Positions 26,557 to 39,755 of a stretch of DNA of 64,000 nt are shown here, in pieces. The stretch comes from Ruditapes philippinarum (Eukaryota), in the NCBI RefSeq assembly GCF_026571515.1, contig NW_026854585.1, positions 186,001-250,000 on the forward strand, written 5' to 3'. Made by a program: the position numbers and the translations under genes. Below the pieces are notes generated by a model, which did not search any database, had not been told where the DNA came from, and saw nothing but the letters and a program-made list of their open reading frames with translations. Every line of letters begins with the position of its first letter. Position 1 is the first letter of the stretch.

Positions 26557-29212
26557 TGTCTTTTGTTTGTTTGGTTTTACGGCGGGCGCACTTACATATC
26601 AATTTTTGCTAACCTTGGGTGTAACAAACTAAAAGCAACACCAGCGGTCAAAATGACCACACCTACTGGAACTAATGAATGCATAGACTCTAGTAATTCG
26701 TACACATTTAGGTGTCTCTAGCGATCGATAAACTGTGGCAGCAATTCTGATGCCTCAGCTCTTAAATGCAACCCCTCAGCAACAAGGGGCTATTACATAC
26801 GGCCATCCATAATATAACACTGGTTAAAATAGCGTTTATGGTTAAAATAGCGTTAATAAACATTTAAAGAAATATCTTAGTATATGAGTGCGCTTTTCAT
26901 ATATACAGATTATTTCTAATTGTAACAAGAGTCATTTACATATGTAACTCATGGTTGATCCCCTCGACAGGAGGTTGTACTTTGGTATATTTTTCTTAGT
27001 ATATGCAATGGGCGCGTTTGGGCCTAATATGTATGCCCAGGAACCAAACATAGTTTTTGTCAAAATAGTTCTACTGAATTCGTTACAAAGTCACGTGACT
27101 ACAACAAGAAGAGAACAAGATATAAGGCAAATAAACAGCAAAACTTTCATCACCATTGCTTAAACAAAGCTAAAAGTTTTCAATGAGAGCTAATAAAGTT
27201 GCAAGTTCATCAATTTCAAAAGGACAATATGGAGGAAATACGGGCGCGTGTCGAGGATATTTTCCCGCATTTAGAAAATATAACTAATTAAGAACTACGG
27301 AGATTCGATCAGAAAGTTTGTCTGGTTTTGTCACTTTGATAATTTAAACTCGATTGGATCTGATACTGTAACATCTTGAAATACACTGTAAAGAACATTG
27401 GCTGTTCAAGATGAACATACTTTGCAGAAATTTGTTATTTGCTAATAGAATAAAAGCTGATGGTGGTAAATCTTGGAGCAGACGATGTGTTGAAATATGT
27501 GACAATCGTCTTAAATTGCAAAGAGTCAATAGCTTTTGTCTGGTAACAAATATATGACAAGTGTCTTTATTAAACTGCAATTTATTTGGATTAAATTTTT
27601 CTATTGTCCGCAAATGGAATACCACACAATACGAAAATGGACATCTATAAAAAATAAAAGTGAAAAATAAACAGTATTTGTAAACAAAAGAAAATAAAGA
27701 CAATATAATGTCAATATAATAACAATGGGGCGATGGCTGGGGGACAATAAAGTTAAAACCTTTAAACATCAGCAAACGAATTTTTTAATGAATTATATCA
27801 TTATGAGTGATGCATTTTGTAAAACGAATGTGCGTTTTGACTTTCAAGCTTATTTTTAAAACTCATGTGTACTTCTAAGTAAATTTAGTAATATTACACA
27901 AAATAATTCCTTTCCTTTTGTTAACAAATATTTGATAGAATATGAACGAAAATCATTATAAAGTACATGTATATGCTTCTCCCCAGTCCTATAGTCCCAA
28001 CTATTCATATTGGCTTAGTTGCAGAAACAAAATTCATATATATTTAATCGCAATATCAGAATTATAAGATGTTAAGCTACATTACGAAAGAAAATCAATT
28101 ATTGGTAATTTCCCAAATGTTCCCATTCTTTTACCTTTCTTATTCATCTAAAACATATGCAAGAAACAACCTGAATTCATCTGCAGTTTCAAGCTTTCAA
28201 CTTTGAAAGTTTCATTACTTCGAAGATATCGATCATATTTAAATAGGTTACATATATGAGCTTCGTATGTTTTCCATTTTGGTATTTCTAAGAAAACACT
28301 ATATTTATCCGTAATTCCCCTTCCCGTCAGCTACTTTAGCGACTGTTTCTAGTTTTCCTTCTAGAATTTCCATTTTACGAATAAGAATGCCAATTGATTG
28401 TGACAATCACCGTCTTTTTTGTATAATCGGAAATACATTCTGTAGTTACTTCAAATTCTGTTTTTTTGATAGAAATGTAGAAAATTGCTCTGCAACATTT
28501 TGTTTGGTTGATTATGCTTATTCAGTTAAAGAATGATTCGCAATCTGTTTGTGTATTGTTGTTGTTAGTGGTGTTTTTTTTGTTGTTGCTTTTTTTTTGG
28601 AGGGGGGGGGGTATTTTTTGTGTGTGTGTTTTCTTTTTCTAACATGACATGATAATTATCACTGATATTTTGCATGAAGACATTGACATTTCGCTAATTA
28701 GTTTTAACGTGGCGTGATGTCAGTCTTGTAATTTATAGATTACAGATAATTTCTTTCAAAATTACATTTCTTAATTGGCTAATTTCATGTAACGTTGTTT
28801 ATTTGGGGCAATTGTAATATTTTGTCAATACACTTATTCGCTTTTTAAATTTAAGATATAAGGTTTGTTGTTCGTTATTTTCTATCGACATTTCAATTCT
28901 ACATAGCGTATTATTTAAAGACTATATTACTTAAATCATTCTCTTGTAACCAATATTCTGTTACTGATGTTAATATTTCACGTCATACACTAACCCGTTC
29001 ATGCCAATTAATTAACAAAATATATAAACAGTTGTTTGTTATTGTTGCTGTCGTCGTTGTTGTTGTCGTCGTCGTCGTCATCATTGTCTTAACATTTTAT
29101 ATCGTGATTGGATACTACATTGTATTCCTGACAAGTCCATACCATACTTTTGTCATAATATTCCTTAAAGTCACACAATTTTTTCAGATGTCACTCTATG
29201 TATAATTATGCA

Positions 29213-30940
29213 ATGATATCGGCTGTTATAGGCTTAAATCTGCCAAAGATATATTCTAATTAGAGGATGAGTCCTTGTATTTTTTTTCTCCATAAGATGT
29301 AATAATAATTATCACTCATGTGTTGCATGACGGCAATAACATTTTACTAATGACTTTTACATGACGTGATGTCCGTCTTGTAGTTTATAGGATAAAGATA
29401 GTTGCTTTAATAAGGAAATAATAATTTTAGTTATTTCAAAATAACAGTTCATATTCAGTTATTTTATATAAAATTTGATTTTGTTCTGTTTTTTCTGTTG
29501 TAGTTTTTTTGTATGCATTTCCGTTTATTTATTTATTACGTCATATTATTGTCATAACTTTAACGTCAAATTAATAGAGCCTGTAAATGAAAGACAATGA
29601 AAGTGCAAAGACTTTAGTACCCACTAGCACGGGTTGGCGCTTAGTATGCCCCTAACAAAGACTCACAACTCTTATGCCTCCCGAGTACGGATTATGCCCC
29701 TCTTTCATAAGCTAATATTTCTTTCGCCCTCCCCCCATCCCATCTTCCATTATCCTGCATCAGCAACAGCAGTCAATCTTTGAAGATCAAGCAACGATTT
29801 TTTTCTATGAAATCTAATTGACAATAGTGCATCTGTACTTAGTAGTTCTACATTGCAATATATGGATGGATTACTATGGATCACCCAGAAATTATTTGGA
29901 TAGTAGTAAAATGTATAATGATAAAAAACATATTAGTCAAAACTAATTTAAAAGGTTTCATTTTCATATTATGTTCGAGAGAAAAAGAATAAAGAATCAA
30001 ACTAATTTTCAGAAGACATCCAGTAATGACGGTATTGGTCACACGGGAGAAAATTGATGCATATTTTCAAATGGAGATTCTTATAAGTCGTCTGGAAGGC
30101 GAATACTGATACTTGCGATGACTAGCGAAATTTTTGATAAAACCACCAAAAGAAAAGTACTCTAAAATCAATGTAAAAGTCTCTGAAAGGACTTAAAGAC
30201 AAGATATAATTCTTCTCTTGTTTTGGAAATTCGTAATATTTCGAGAAAAAAGACATATCACCATCTATGTCCCGCTGCATACAACATTTTCATTTCCACG
30301 CTTATCAACTTATTTGTTTTACTTAATATTTCTTTTACTTTTATTTCGTTCTTTACAAATCCTCGGAATTCCTCCTTAGACACTTAGACATTATACGGAT
30401 GAAAATGTAATTTCATGAAAAACTGACTTGTGTATCACTTTGTATATTCTACAACCCTAATATGTTTAAAGTAATCATAAAACATTTCAAATTCCGTAGT
30501 ATTTGTTCTTTTACTTAGAATACAGACATTGGGTAAACATACACACAATTTGTCTTTCATGCCCTTCTTTTCACTTTATTTATTTGATTAATATTTGGCA
30601 TGTTTAAACAAGTTATCAAAGCAATGAATGTTTCACAGCCGTGCAAAGGATGTCTGATTCTTATCACGGCCGATCAATGAACGTAGATAACATAGATCAA
30701 TTATCTGCAGGGGGTAAATCAATGTACAGTTTATCATTAATGCATATTTTTGCATACTGTTGGCGACAGTATAAATTATATTAAATGATTAATGTGAAAA
30801 CGTGCTGAAACGAGAAATGTTTCCATCACAAATTTTATATCATAGATTTTCCCTATCTGAATTCTGAGCATTTCAGGACTTTAAATGAGATGTTTGTGAG
30901 TATTAGAGCAGCCAACAGTATATAGACTAGGGTTAGGTTA
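29213..30940 (+). repeat. Second non-coding duplication, copy 1
   Basis: Collinear with 36711-38375, sharing e.g. TATGTTCGAGAGAAAAAGAATAAAGAATCAAACTAA and TAGATAA-CATAGATCAATTATCTG. Confidence 0.88.
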
Positions 30941-31678
30941 GGGCATGTTCAGGCTGACTTGGCTATAAACATATGTTATAGTCACTCACAGTATTACGGT
31001 TAGTTTGTATCAAAACCACGTTCACCACACGATGATTGCTTTAACAGATTAAAATAACAATTTGAAAGGAGAGATGAAAATTAATTGTGTTGTGAATCGA
31101 TATGTAACGAACTAAATAATATTTTTATTGTATATCCATATATATCTATCCACTTATTTATGCAGAATAAAACAAATTTACGGCATATTTTTTCAGTCTA
31201 TGAACAGTGCGAAAACTCGAAATGTCGAAAACACAACACAATATAACCTTTCAACCGCCCGCCAGCACAGAAACATGACAAAGAGAAAATAAAAAGATCG
31301 ATAAAGGTTCACTCACAACAGTATTTACAAAACTGAATTACATATATTTCAAATATTTTAGGAGTCAATGAGCCAATGATAATATTATATTTTAGTAAGT
31401 AATGCCAATAAACAGGTATTTTTTCGTATAAAAAGTTTCCTTCATATAAGACACTCTTAACAGATAAAAAAATCATTTATTTGCTTGTCATCAACAACTT
31501 ATGTTTTCAAAACCGATTTTTCGTACCATAAGGAAATAAAGCGACATCAAACGCGAAGTCTGACAATGTCTGACAATGTTGTGATCACATAAAGCCGGGT
31601 GATGAAAAGCAACATTCATGTTTACTTAATTTTACAGTACTGTGTGCGTTTATTAAGCGTCTATTATTCGGTTTTATC

Positions 31679-31830
31679 CTCATCATCATCATCATCATTA
31701 TCATCATAATCGGCGTCTCTAATTAATAATTAAAGTCGACGTCATCATGGCCATTATCACTATTATCATCGCCGTCGATATATATTATCATCATTATCAT
31801 CATCATTATCGTCATCATTGTTATCATTTA
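31679..31830. repeat. Imperfect (CAT)n microsatellite region
   Basis: Runs of CATCAT/TATCAT with interruptions. Confidence 0.8.
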
Positions 31831-34800
31831 TTAATTATTTATGGTATCATTATATATTTTAGTTCATTTTAATAAACAGTTTATCAGTAATTCGTCAATT
31901 GAAGCGTATTAACATAACTTGTTTTCCAGCATCAAGCCCAACAAAGATAAGTACTTTAATTACATGGACAACTTGGACCGTTGGTGCAGAAAAAATAATA
32001 ACCCTTACAAACTATTTTTAGAATTATGTGTACTAAATCTTCATATGACGATGACGACGACTATAATTGATGATGATAAAGTCGTGTTTGTGTTCAATAT
32101 TAATATTTTGAACATCTCTATGTATGAACTTTACTTTTGTTTCACTTATGCATGTTTTTTAAAACAATTTGATAATCAGTCTTATCAAAAAAGGCTTAAG
32201 GGAAAGACAATTTTCAAAACAAATAAATATGTTAATATATTGCCCAAATGAATAGGGGATATACATTATGTACATTGAAAAGACATATACAATTAAAAGA
32301 CATCAGATAAAAGGATGGGCCGCTAAAATGTTGCTGATGTCTCTAGAAAAAAAACCAAGAATACATTAAATTAGTGATACAATTCCACAAAAATACCCCA
32401 TGCTAAGCAAAACTGAGACTGAAGTGACCGTATACACACAAGGTATCTCATGATAAAAAAAGAACCTTGAGTAAAAACATTTTCCTTGTGGTAAACAACT
32501 ATATCGGCAGCTAAGTGTGTTTTTCCATTAATTCACATTTTTACTTAAATGGTCTACTTTGAAACAGTCTCTTGACTTTATTGTAAATTGTTTTAGAAAT
32601 TGTACATTTTGGTCTTATTTTTGAAGATATTTAAGTGTGTATGCTGGTTGGTGTCACGCCCATGAGTGCAAGCTAGCAAAAATAATGACTCGTCTACTTT
32701 TCTAGTAAAGAGCAAGCTCAGTATGCACTATTTTATATGGGTTTTTTCTGTTGTTGTTATTGTTGTTTTGTGGTGTTTTTCTCTGTTGTTTGATTTTGTG
32801 TTTTTTGTTGTTGTTGTTGTTGTTGTTTTGCACGACCCCAATATTAATGCCAACATGACAATTTATTTTCTATGGCCAATACATTTACTATCGTTAATTG
32901 GATATATACATAAGTTCATACATTACATTTGCCATGATTTACCTTAAGGCCAACACTTTCTTAGAAGTCATCACTTCATGTAGTAATATTTCCGCGGTGA
33001 GGCTAAAGTTTTTCAATAACCATGCGAAGAAAATGAAGAAGACCTACTGACGTCATCAGAATGATAAAATGTTCTGCCTAAACCATAAACTTTTATGTTT
33101 AATATCAAAAGTAAAAGCAAAGAGGGAATCATTCATCAGTGACATAAATAGCCATTTCTCCGTGTACATGTTAATGATTTTTGTCGATAATTAACTAAAT
33201 GGTCAAGAAGCTATTACAAAATAACTACTACAACAAATAAAATTACAAAATAATATAAACATTTCAAAATATCAGCAATTTTGATTAGAGTTTACAGTTA
33301 AGTTTTGAATTCTACCTCGGTCAAACTCAATGAGCAGTTCTACGGGCCATTAATATAGGTAATAAGCCCGTTTGTGGGTGTGTTGTGACCATATGAACCA
33401 AAATTATTTCCTTGTTTTCTTTCTACTTCTTTTTCTTTTACTGTTTTTTTCTTTTCTATATCATCCAAGATTTAATTTAATTATCGGGACCAGTTATCCA
33501 TTTTGTCCAGTAGCATTGCATATCATGATTCAAGATAAAAGCGAGTATATGGTCCTTGCCCTTAATTTGTATAATCATATACATTCGTATACATACGTAT
33601 TTATTCCCTATTACATCATTATTGTTTCAATTTATTTACAATGGCACTAAGTTTGTATAATTAAAAAAACATGAGTAAGTTAAAATATGCAAATACAAAA
33701 TGTATATAATAGAAAAATGTCACAATGATGCATGGAATGGACATAAAGAAAATTATTATGTAAACAATTAAGATTTATGCTTATGTATTAATTAAGCAAA
33801 CATAAAGATATGTAGATTGTATTTGAGTCAAAAATTTATTTTGTATTTGAGTCGACCAACTTTGATTCGCTGCAAACGGGTACTGCTGATGTAAAATTAT
33901 CAGTTGCTTTAGCACCGTAGGGAACGTGTTACAGTATCGCATTTTTCGGTTACAGTATAGAATTTTCAAGATGGAGGATTATTTATGGGAAGAGAGGTAG
34001 GTGATTTTTATTCAGGGCCATACTACTAGTAGTTTAGTTTGTAAAAGATGTTTTTGTGCTTTGCTTGTAAGGAACAGAATCCGGTATCTAGTCATATATT
34101 TGTTCAGACCCTGCACCGCAGATTTATCTCTTTATTGTCTCATAAATGTGCAGATTTGACAGTTCAAAAAAATTGAATCGAGAGACCAACGCATTTTTCT
34201 GCATTTTCAACATTATTTATGCATGCCTAGAAAAGGTTAATCTGCAAAACGTTAGTCTTTTTTGTTAGGAAACGTTTATAAAAGTAAATGACCAGTTGAA
34301 CCTATTTTCCTGTTCGTTAAATGCGTTTGAAAAAATAAACAATGTTACAGTATAGAGCGAGGTTATTTGTGCAGGGTTACAGCATAGACCAAGCGATTTT
34401 TATCCGATTTTGTTACAGTTTATACCCAGATTTCGGTTACAGTTTAGACTCCGATGTTTTATATATATACTAGGTAAAATGTATGATTGTTACATAGACT
34501 TTTAAATCTCTGTGAGCTTATTGGCCCGATGGTTATTCGGCCGCCTGTCGTACACGTGTGTGTGCAATCTCATCCGCTCAGTAACTCCTTGACTAAATGT
34601 GATGAAATTTACATGACTTTCTACCAATTAAGTTGCTGAAATGGTTTCGGTTGCAATCGGGGATACGAAAACCCAAAACATAGATTTTGAAAAAAGGCAA
34701 TGTTTAAAGACCCTTCTCATCTCGAACCAAAAGCATTCAAATCAAATCATGATCATGGCGTCATTTCGAATGCTTCTTTGTTGAAGGTACGATTATTTTG

Positions 34801-34949
34801 TCATTATTAAATTAAAAGTCGTTTTATTTTATTTCAGACATCCTGTATAGCAGTTTTCATGTTTCTGAAAAAGAAAATAATTTTGAAAGTTATAGAGTAT
34901 AAATAAAGGTCAGACAATTACAATATCTTCTCTAGTGAGCCTGATGGAG

Positions 34950-35220
34950 GTACATAATAGTGGCATAGTCGGGATAAGGCCGTCGACTTCAAATCATCTT
35001 TCATTTACTGCTGTAGTTGAAATCCAATCATGACTGGATTAATTCTTTGTTTGTGAGGAATCTATCAAGCTAATTTACAGAAGGTCGGTGGTTCAAGTCA
35101 GGTGCCCGCTCGTGTCTGAAATGTTTCACAAAGGGTATCTGGTGTCTTTCTTTACACTAAAGCAGGAATGTTTTCACATGACCTCAGTGTCGTTGAAACT
35201 TAAAATCCAAGAAAGCCAAA
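34950..35220 (+). mobile_element. Degenerate copy of the same SINE family
   Basis: GTGAGGAATCTATCAAGCTAATTTACAGAAGGTCGGTGGTTCAAGTCAGGTGCCCGCTCGTG aligns to the 6563-6830 core, with a decayed tRNA head and tail. Confidence 0.8.
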
Positions 35221-35226
35221 CGTAAC

Positions 35227-35800
35227 AAAATAGAGTTAAACAGAACCCCTAAATAAATTCCAACACAACAAAATTGAAAATGTTCATAAACCCTTTTAAA
35301 TACTTACAAAATACATTATGGTAGATGGAAATTCCAACTTAAAATAAAATTTAAGTATGCAGTATTGCTCACTTAAATACTGTTTAATCATTCTTAGGGT
35401 ATTGCCTGCTTGTTAATTGTGTCTTTTGACAGCTTATATATGGTATGCAGGCTTCATAACCTCCGATCCCTTCTCAAAATTTCATTTTGTTTAGTTTCAC
35501 TCATTGTATTCTCGTTTAGGACACATGCAATTTTTAACCTGGGGGTAATATGCCGCTTTTCATAGAATGGCAATAACGTGTCACATTGAAGGTTCCATGA
35601 TAACCGCCATATGAACACATCCACAGATGTTAAAAAAGCAGAAGTGTACCAGTTCATGTTTAATGTGAATTCTGCTGAAGCCGGTGCTAGGAGGCGTAGA
35701 CGGTAGCTTGCAGTTATCACTACCGTCCATGAAACTGAACCTGCAACATTTCATGTTTTCCGTGTTGGACTTCTGTTAAGGATTCTTTTTTCTCTATTTT
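35227..35800. mobile_element. Ancient MITE-like element nested in the long-TIR transposon
   Basis: Degenerate ~58-bp inverted ends (AAAATAGAG...CCAACAC...GAAAATGTT at 35227-35284, reverse complement at ~35745-35800). The right part is homologous to 21870-22124. Confidence 0.6.
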
Positions 35801-36710
35801 ATTACTAATAGGCATTATTATACTGTGTAATGAAAGCAAGCAATAATCTTTCTTCTCTCAATACAATTAGATATGTTGTCGTGAAAACAGTCCTTACTTA
35901 GGACATTACTTATTTTGCAAAAAGTCTCAATCTGAAACTTAAAGTAAGAAAAATAGCAAACTATAACTTTTCTGCTGAAGAAAAAAAGTTATACAACCTT
36001 TCAAGAAAGTATTAAATAGAAAGGTATGAGTTATTTTTATAAAAATAATGGATACACGAACTTTGTTTGAAATATGGCAAGTATCTAAACTGTAACAAAA
36101 ATCTGGGTATAAACTGTAACAAAATTGGATCAAAGTCACTAGGTCTATGCTGTAACCTTTCAAAATTAACCTCGCTCTATACTGTAACATTGTTTATTTT
36201 TTCAAACGCATTTTACGAACAGGAAAATAGGTTCAACTGCTCATTTACTTTTATAAACGTTTCTAAACATAAAGGACTAACGTTTTGTAGATTTCCTTTA
36301 TCTAGGCATGCTTATATAATGTCGGAATGGGAGAAAAATGCGTTCAAATTTCCAAACTGTCAAATCTGCATATTTATGAGACAATATAGCGATAAATCTG
36401 CGGTGCATGGTCTGAAGAAATATATGACTAGATACCGGATTCTGTTCCTTACAAGCAAAGCACAAAAACATCTTTTAGAAACTAAACTACTTGTAGTATG
36501 GACCGGAATAAAAATCACCTACCTGTCCTCCCAACAAATAATCCTCCATCTTTAAATTTCTATACTGTAACCGGAAAACGCGATACTGTAACACGTTCCC
36601 TACGGTGTTTAGTTTTTATCGATTATCGGATTACTTTAGCTTAACTCTAAGATTATTAAATACTTAGTAATACGGATTGGTAACAGAGATTTATATCATA
36701 CACTTGGACT

Positions 36711-36993
36711 ATGATATACAACAGTTATCGCATTAAATCCGGTACAGATATAATCTAATTAGAGGATAAATCCTGATAATATATTTTTCATTAGATGTAA
36801 TGATAATTACCTTTGGTTATTGCATGGATACATTGACTTTCGTCTGATGAATTTCTGTTTGACATGGTTAAACGATATGAATTCTTAATTAAAATATAAT
36901 CTTTTTATTTCATTAGTTTGTTCAAAATTACAGTCAATTTCATGTTTATTGCTTGTAAAGTTTTTGCTTTTTGTTTTAGCTACAGTTTATTTG

Positions 36994-37068
<75 letters not shown>

Positions 37069-38375
37069 ATTAATCTTTTTTTTATTTGCAATTGTCAAAT
37101 TGTCAAATTTCTCGAGTCTGTAAATGAAAGACAATGTAAACAACATTTTTATACCCTAGCACCGGCTAGCACTTTTTATGCCCCCCCCTAGCACCGAAAA
37201 ACAAATCTTATGCCGCTAGCGCCGGCTGTTATTTCTTATGCACCCAAGATCGGATTGAGCTACAGTCAATCATTAAAATTCAAGCAATGAAATTTTCTAT
37301 GAGATCTAATTCACCATGTACATTTAAACTCGGTATTTCTACATTCCAAAATATGAATAGATATCTACTGAGTACTCAGCAATTACTTGCGATCTAATAT
37401 AAGGGAAATGTATACTTAAAATCTTATTGAAAAGATTTCGTTTCCACAATACCAAGTATGTTCGAGAGAAAAAGAATAAAGAATCAAACTAACAGAGGAC
37501 ATCCATTAATGACGGAATTGGTCGCACGGGAGCAAATTGATGCATATTTTCAAATGAAGATTCTTATAACTCGTCTGGAAGGCGAAAGCTGATACAAAAT
37601 GTGACTAGCAAAACCTTTGATAAAACCACCAAGTGAAACGTACTCTAAAATCGATGGAAAACTCTAAAGGTTGGTTCTTAAAGGAAAGATGTAACTCTTT
37701 TCCTTTTTTCGAGACGAAAATCCTATTTCATCAATACCTCACTGCATAAGACATATTCCATACCATAGCATGTCCAGCTTGTTTAACTGATTCTTTATTT
37801 CACTTTTGTTCCGTTCTTTTCATTCTTCGTACTTACATCCAATTCTGATGAAAGGTAATAATATGCTAAGCAAAACCTGGGTGTCCCTTTTTCTACAGTT
37901 CAGCCGTAATTTGTTTAAAAGTTATCAAACATATTTTAAAAAATCCGTAGCATTTGTTCATTTATTAAGTATACAGGTAAAGAGTATGCAAATACAAAAT
38001 GTGTCTCTTTTATTTAAATGTTTGACAAATAGTTGGCATGTTTAAACAAGTTATAATCGCAATATAGCAATGAATGTATCACAGCCGTGCAAAGAATGTC
38101 TAATTCTAATCCAGATCGAGCAATCAACTTAGATAACATAGATCAATTATCTGTAGGGGGTCAATCGATGCACAGTTTAAAAATAATCCATAGTTTGCAC
38201 AATATCAACAATAGTATAATTTACATTTCAAGCATGCTGAATCAAAAGCTTTAACCTTTCATCAGTAATTTTATACAGTAAATTTTCCTTGTTTGGAATT
38301 CTAATAATTTCGAGTCACATGTTAGTGAAAATTAGTGCAGCCAGCAATGCATGTGTATTAATCCGGGTAAGCTAA
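36711..38375 (+). repeat. Second non-coding duplication, copy 2
   Basis: Direct diverged copy of 29213-30940. Confidence 0.88.
36996..37067. repeat. (TTA)24 microsatellite
   Basis: Perfect trinucleotide run. Confidence 0.97.
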
Positions 38376-39149
38376 AACTTTTTTTTTCAGGCTTATTTTT
38401 CGAATTTGTTCACTCATCTATAAGAGCAAAGTTTTGAAATTCGATGGATACATGCTTCATGAATGATAAAGACTCATTCAGTGTATAAATAACAGAATTG
38501 TATCATATCTCATGTAAAAGATGCAAAGTCAATGAGACAACCGTGTTACATTTTTTAATGCTAGAAAGTAACCATTTTCTAAAAAGGCATCTTTACTTTT
38601 GGAAAGGTTTTCCATTATTTCCATGACATCGATAACCTATCTTTACAAAACCTGAATTTCGTGAAACTAAGTAAGCCTGGCAAAGACTAATAAAGGAAAG
38701 TTAATCATTTCCCATGTATATGAATAACTAAATGTTAAAAGAAAATTGCAAATTCATAAGAAGTATTTGCCTATGACCTTTCATTATTTTATTTAAACTT
38801 TGTAGTAAATTATATAACGGATACAAAATGATGATGATGTTATTCGCAAGCACTTTTTACAATTATGTTAACACATATATTTCACTTTGAAAATCCACTG
38901 AATCTCCCTTACATTTTTACCAGCTTCTTATCTAGGGCAAATTTTTACGGTGTTCGTTTAACCACAAATCAGTTTCTGGTTCCCAAAATCAATCACTGAA
39001 TGACCATTACTTCTAAGTTGAAATAATTAAGTCGTGTTCCGTGCGTATAAATTGTTATTGTTATTTTCATTAAGTTCGATTCACGTATTCGACAACGTTA
39101 TAACAATAAATCGCTATGTTATATGACAATACAAAGAAAAACAAAACAC

Positions 39150-39388
39150 ATGAGCCGCGTCATGACAAAACCAACATAATGGGTTTGCGAACAGCATGGA
39201 TCCAGACCAGCCTGCGCATCCGCGCAGTCTGATCAGGATCCATGCTGTTCGCTGTCAGTTTCTCTACTTGTAATAGGATTAGTAAGCGTACAGCATGGAT
39301 CCTGATCAGACTGCGCGGATACGCAGGCTGGTCAGGATCCCTGCTGGTCGCAAACGGACTATGTTGGTTTTGTCATGGCACGGCTCAT
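39150..39388. mobile_element. Palindromic MITE
   Basis: Ends read ATGAGCCGCGTCATGACAAAACCAACATA ... TATGTTGGTTTTGTCATGGCACGGCTCAT. The ~100-bp arms contain internal CAGCATGGATCC...GGATCCATGCTG palindromes. Confidence 0.9.
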
Positions 39389-39491
39389 ATACCGTTGAAA
39401 GGACATGCCATAATAATGTCGACTGGTGTAACAAAACCTGTAATTGTCTCAAAGAAATGTCTCTGAACACGACAGATTATACCAAGAAAAA

Positions 39492-39740
39492 CAAAAAAAA
39501 TCCCTGCTTTGCCAATTTAGCCTTAAGTAGCTTTACTCATTACGTATAATGAAAAAAACCACAAGGAAACGAGTTTCCGTGTGGCAAGCAAATATATTAG
39601 CAATTAATGATGTTAGTCCATTGCTAAGCTACGTTTTCCAATCATATGTAAATTTTGAAACATTTTCGTGACGACGTAATTTCTTTTGTAGGTTGAACGA
39701 TGTGATATTTATATATGGCAAAGCAGGGATTTTTTTTTTG
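39492..39740. mobile_element. Small TIR element (MITE)
   Basis: Inverted ends AAAAAAAATCCCTGCTTTGCCA and TGGCAAAGCAGGGATTTTTTTT, ~250 bp apart. Confidence 0.65.
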
Positions 39741-39755
39741 TCTAGAGAAACAAAT

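Larger units (their letters stand above)
33913..36607. mobile_element. Non-autonomous long-TIR DNA transposon with CAC...GTG ends and a 5-bp TSD (Transib/RAG-like signature)
   Basis: Ends read CACCGTAGGGAACGTGTTACAGTATCGC ... GCGATACTGTAACACGTTCCCTACGGTG. Inverted arms span ~33913-34447 and ~36084-36607. TTTAG directly flanks both ends (33908-33912 and 36608-36612). The superfamily assignment is inference. Confidence 0.88.

Noticed and set aside
26563-26790. Very decayed SINE on the minus strand
   Set aside because: Only a tail-like TGTTTGTTTGGTTTTACG and a faint head resemblance are visible, which is too weak to call.
30020-30115. C/D-box snoRNA or 27-aa micropeptide conserved with ~37508-37595
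   Set aside because: The C box is ATGACGG rather than RTGATGA, the terminal stem is lost in copy 2, and every codon difference between copies is non-synonymous.
36067-36555. 162-aa ORF as a transposase remnant
   Set aside because: It lies wholly within the right TIR, has no transposase motifs, and the ORF track shows no counterpart in the left arm.
38077-38100. miR-2-like TATCACAGCC, and miR-71-like TGAAAGACA at ~29589 and ~37125
   Set aside because: Only seed-length matches, no complementary precursor arm, and the paralogous copy alters the miR-2-like seed.
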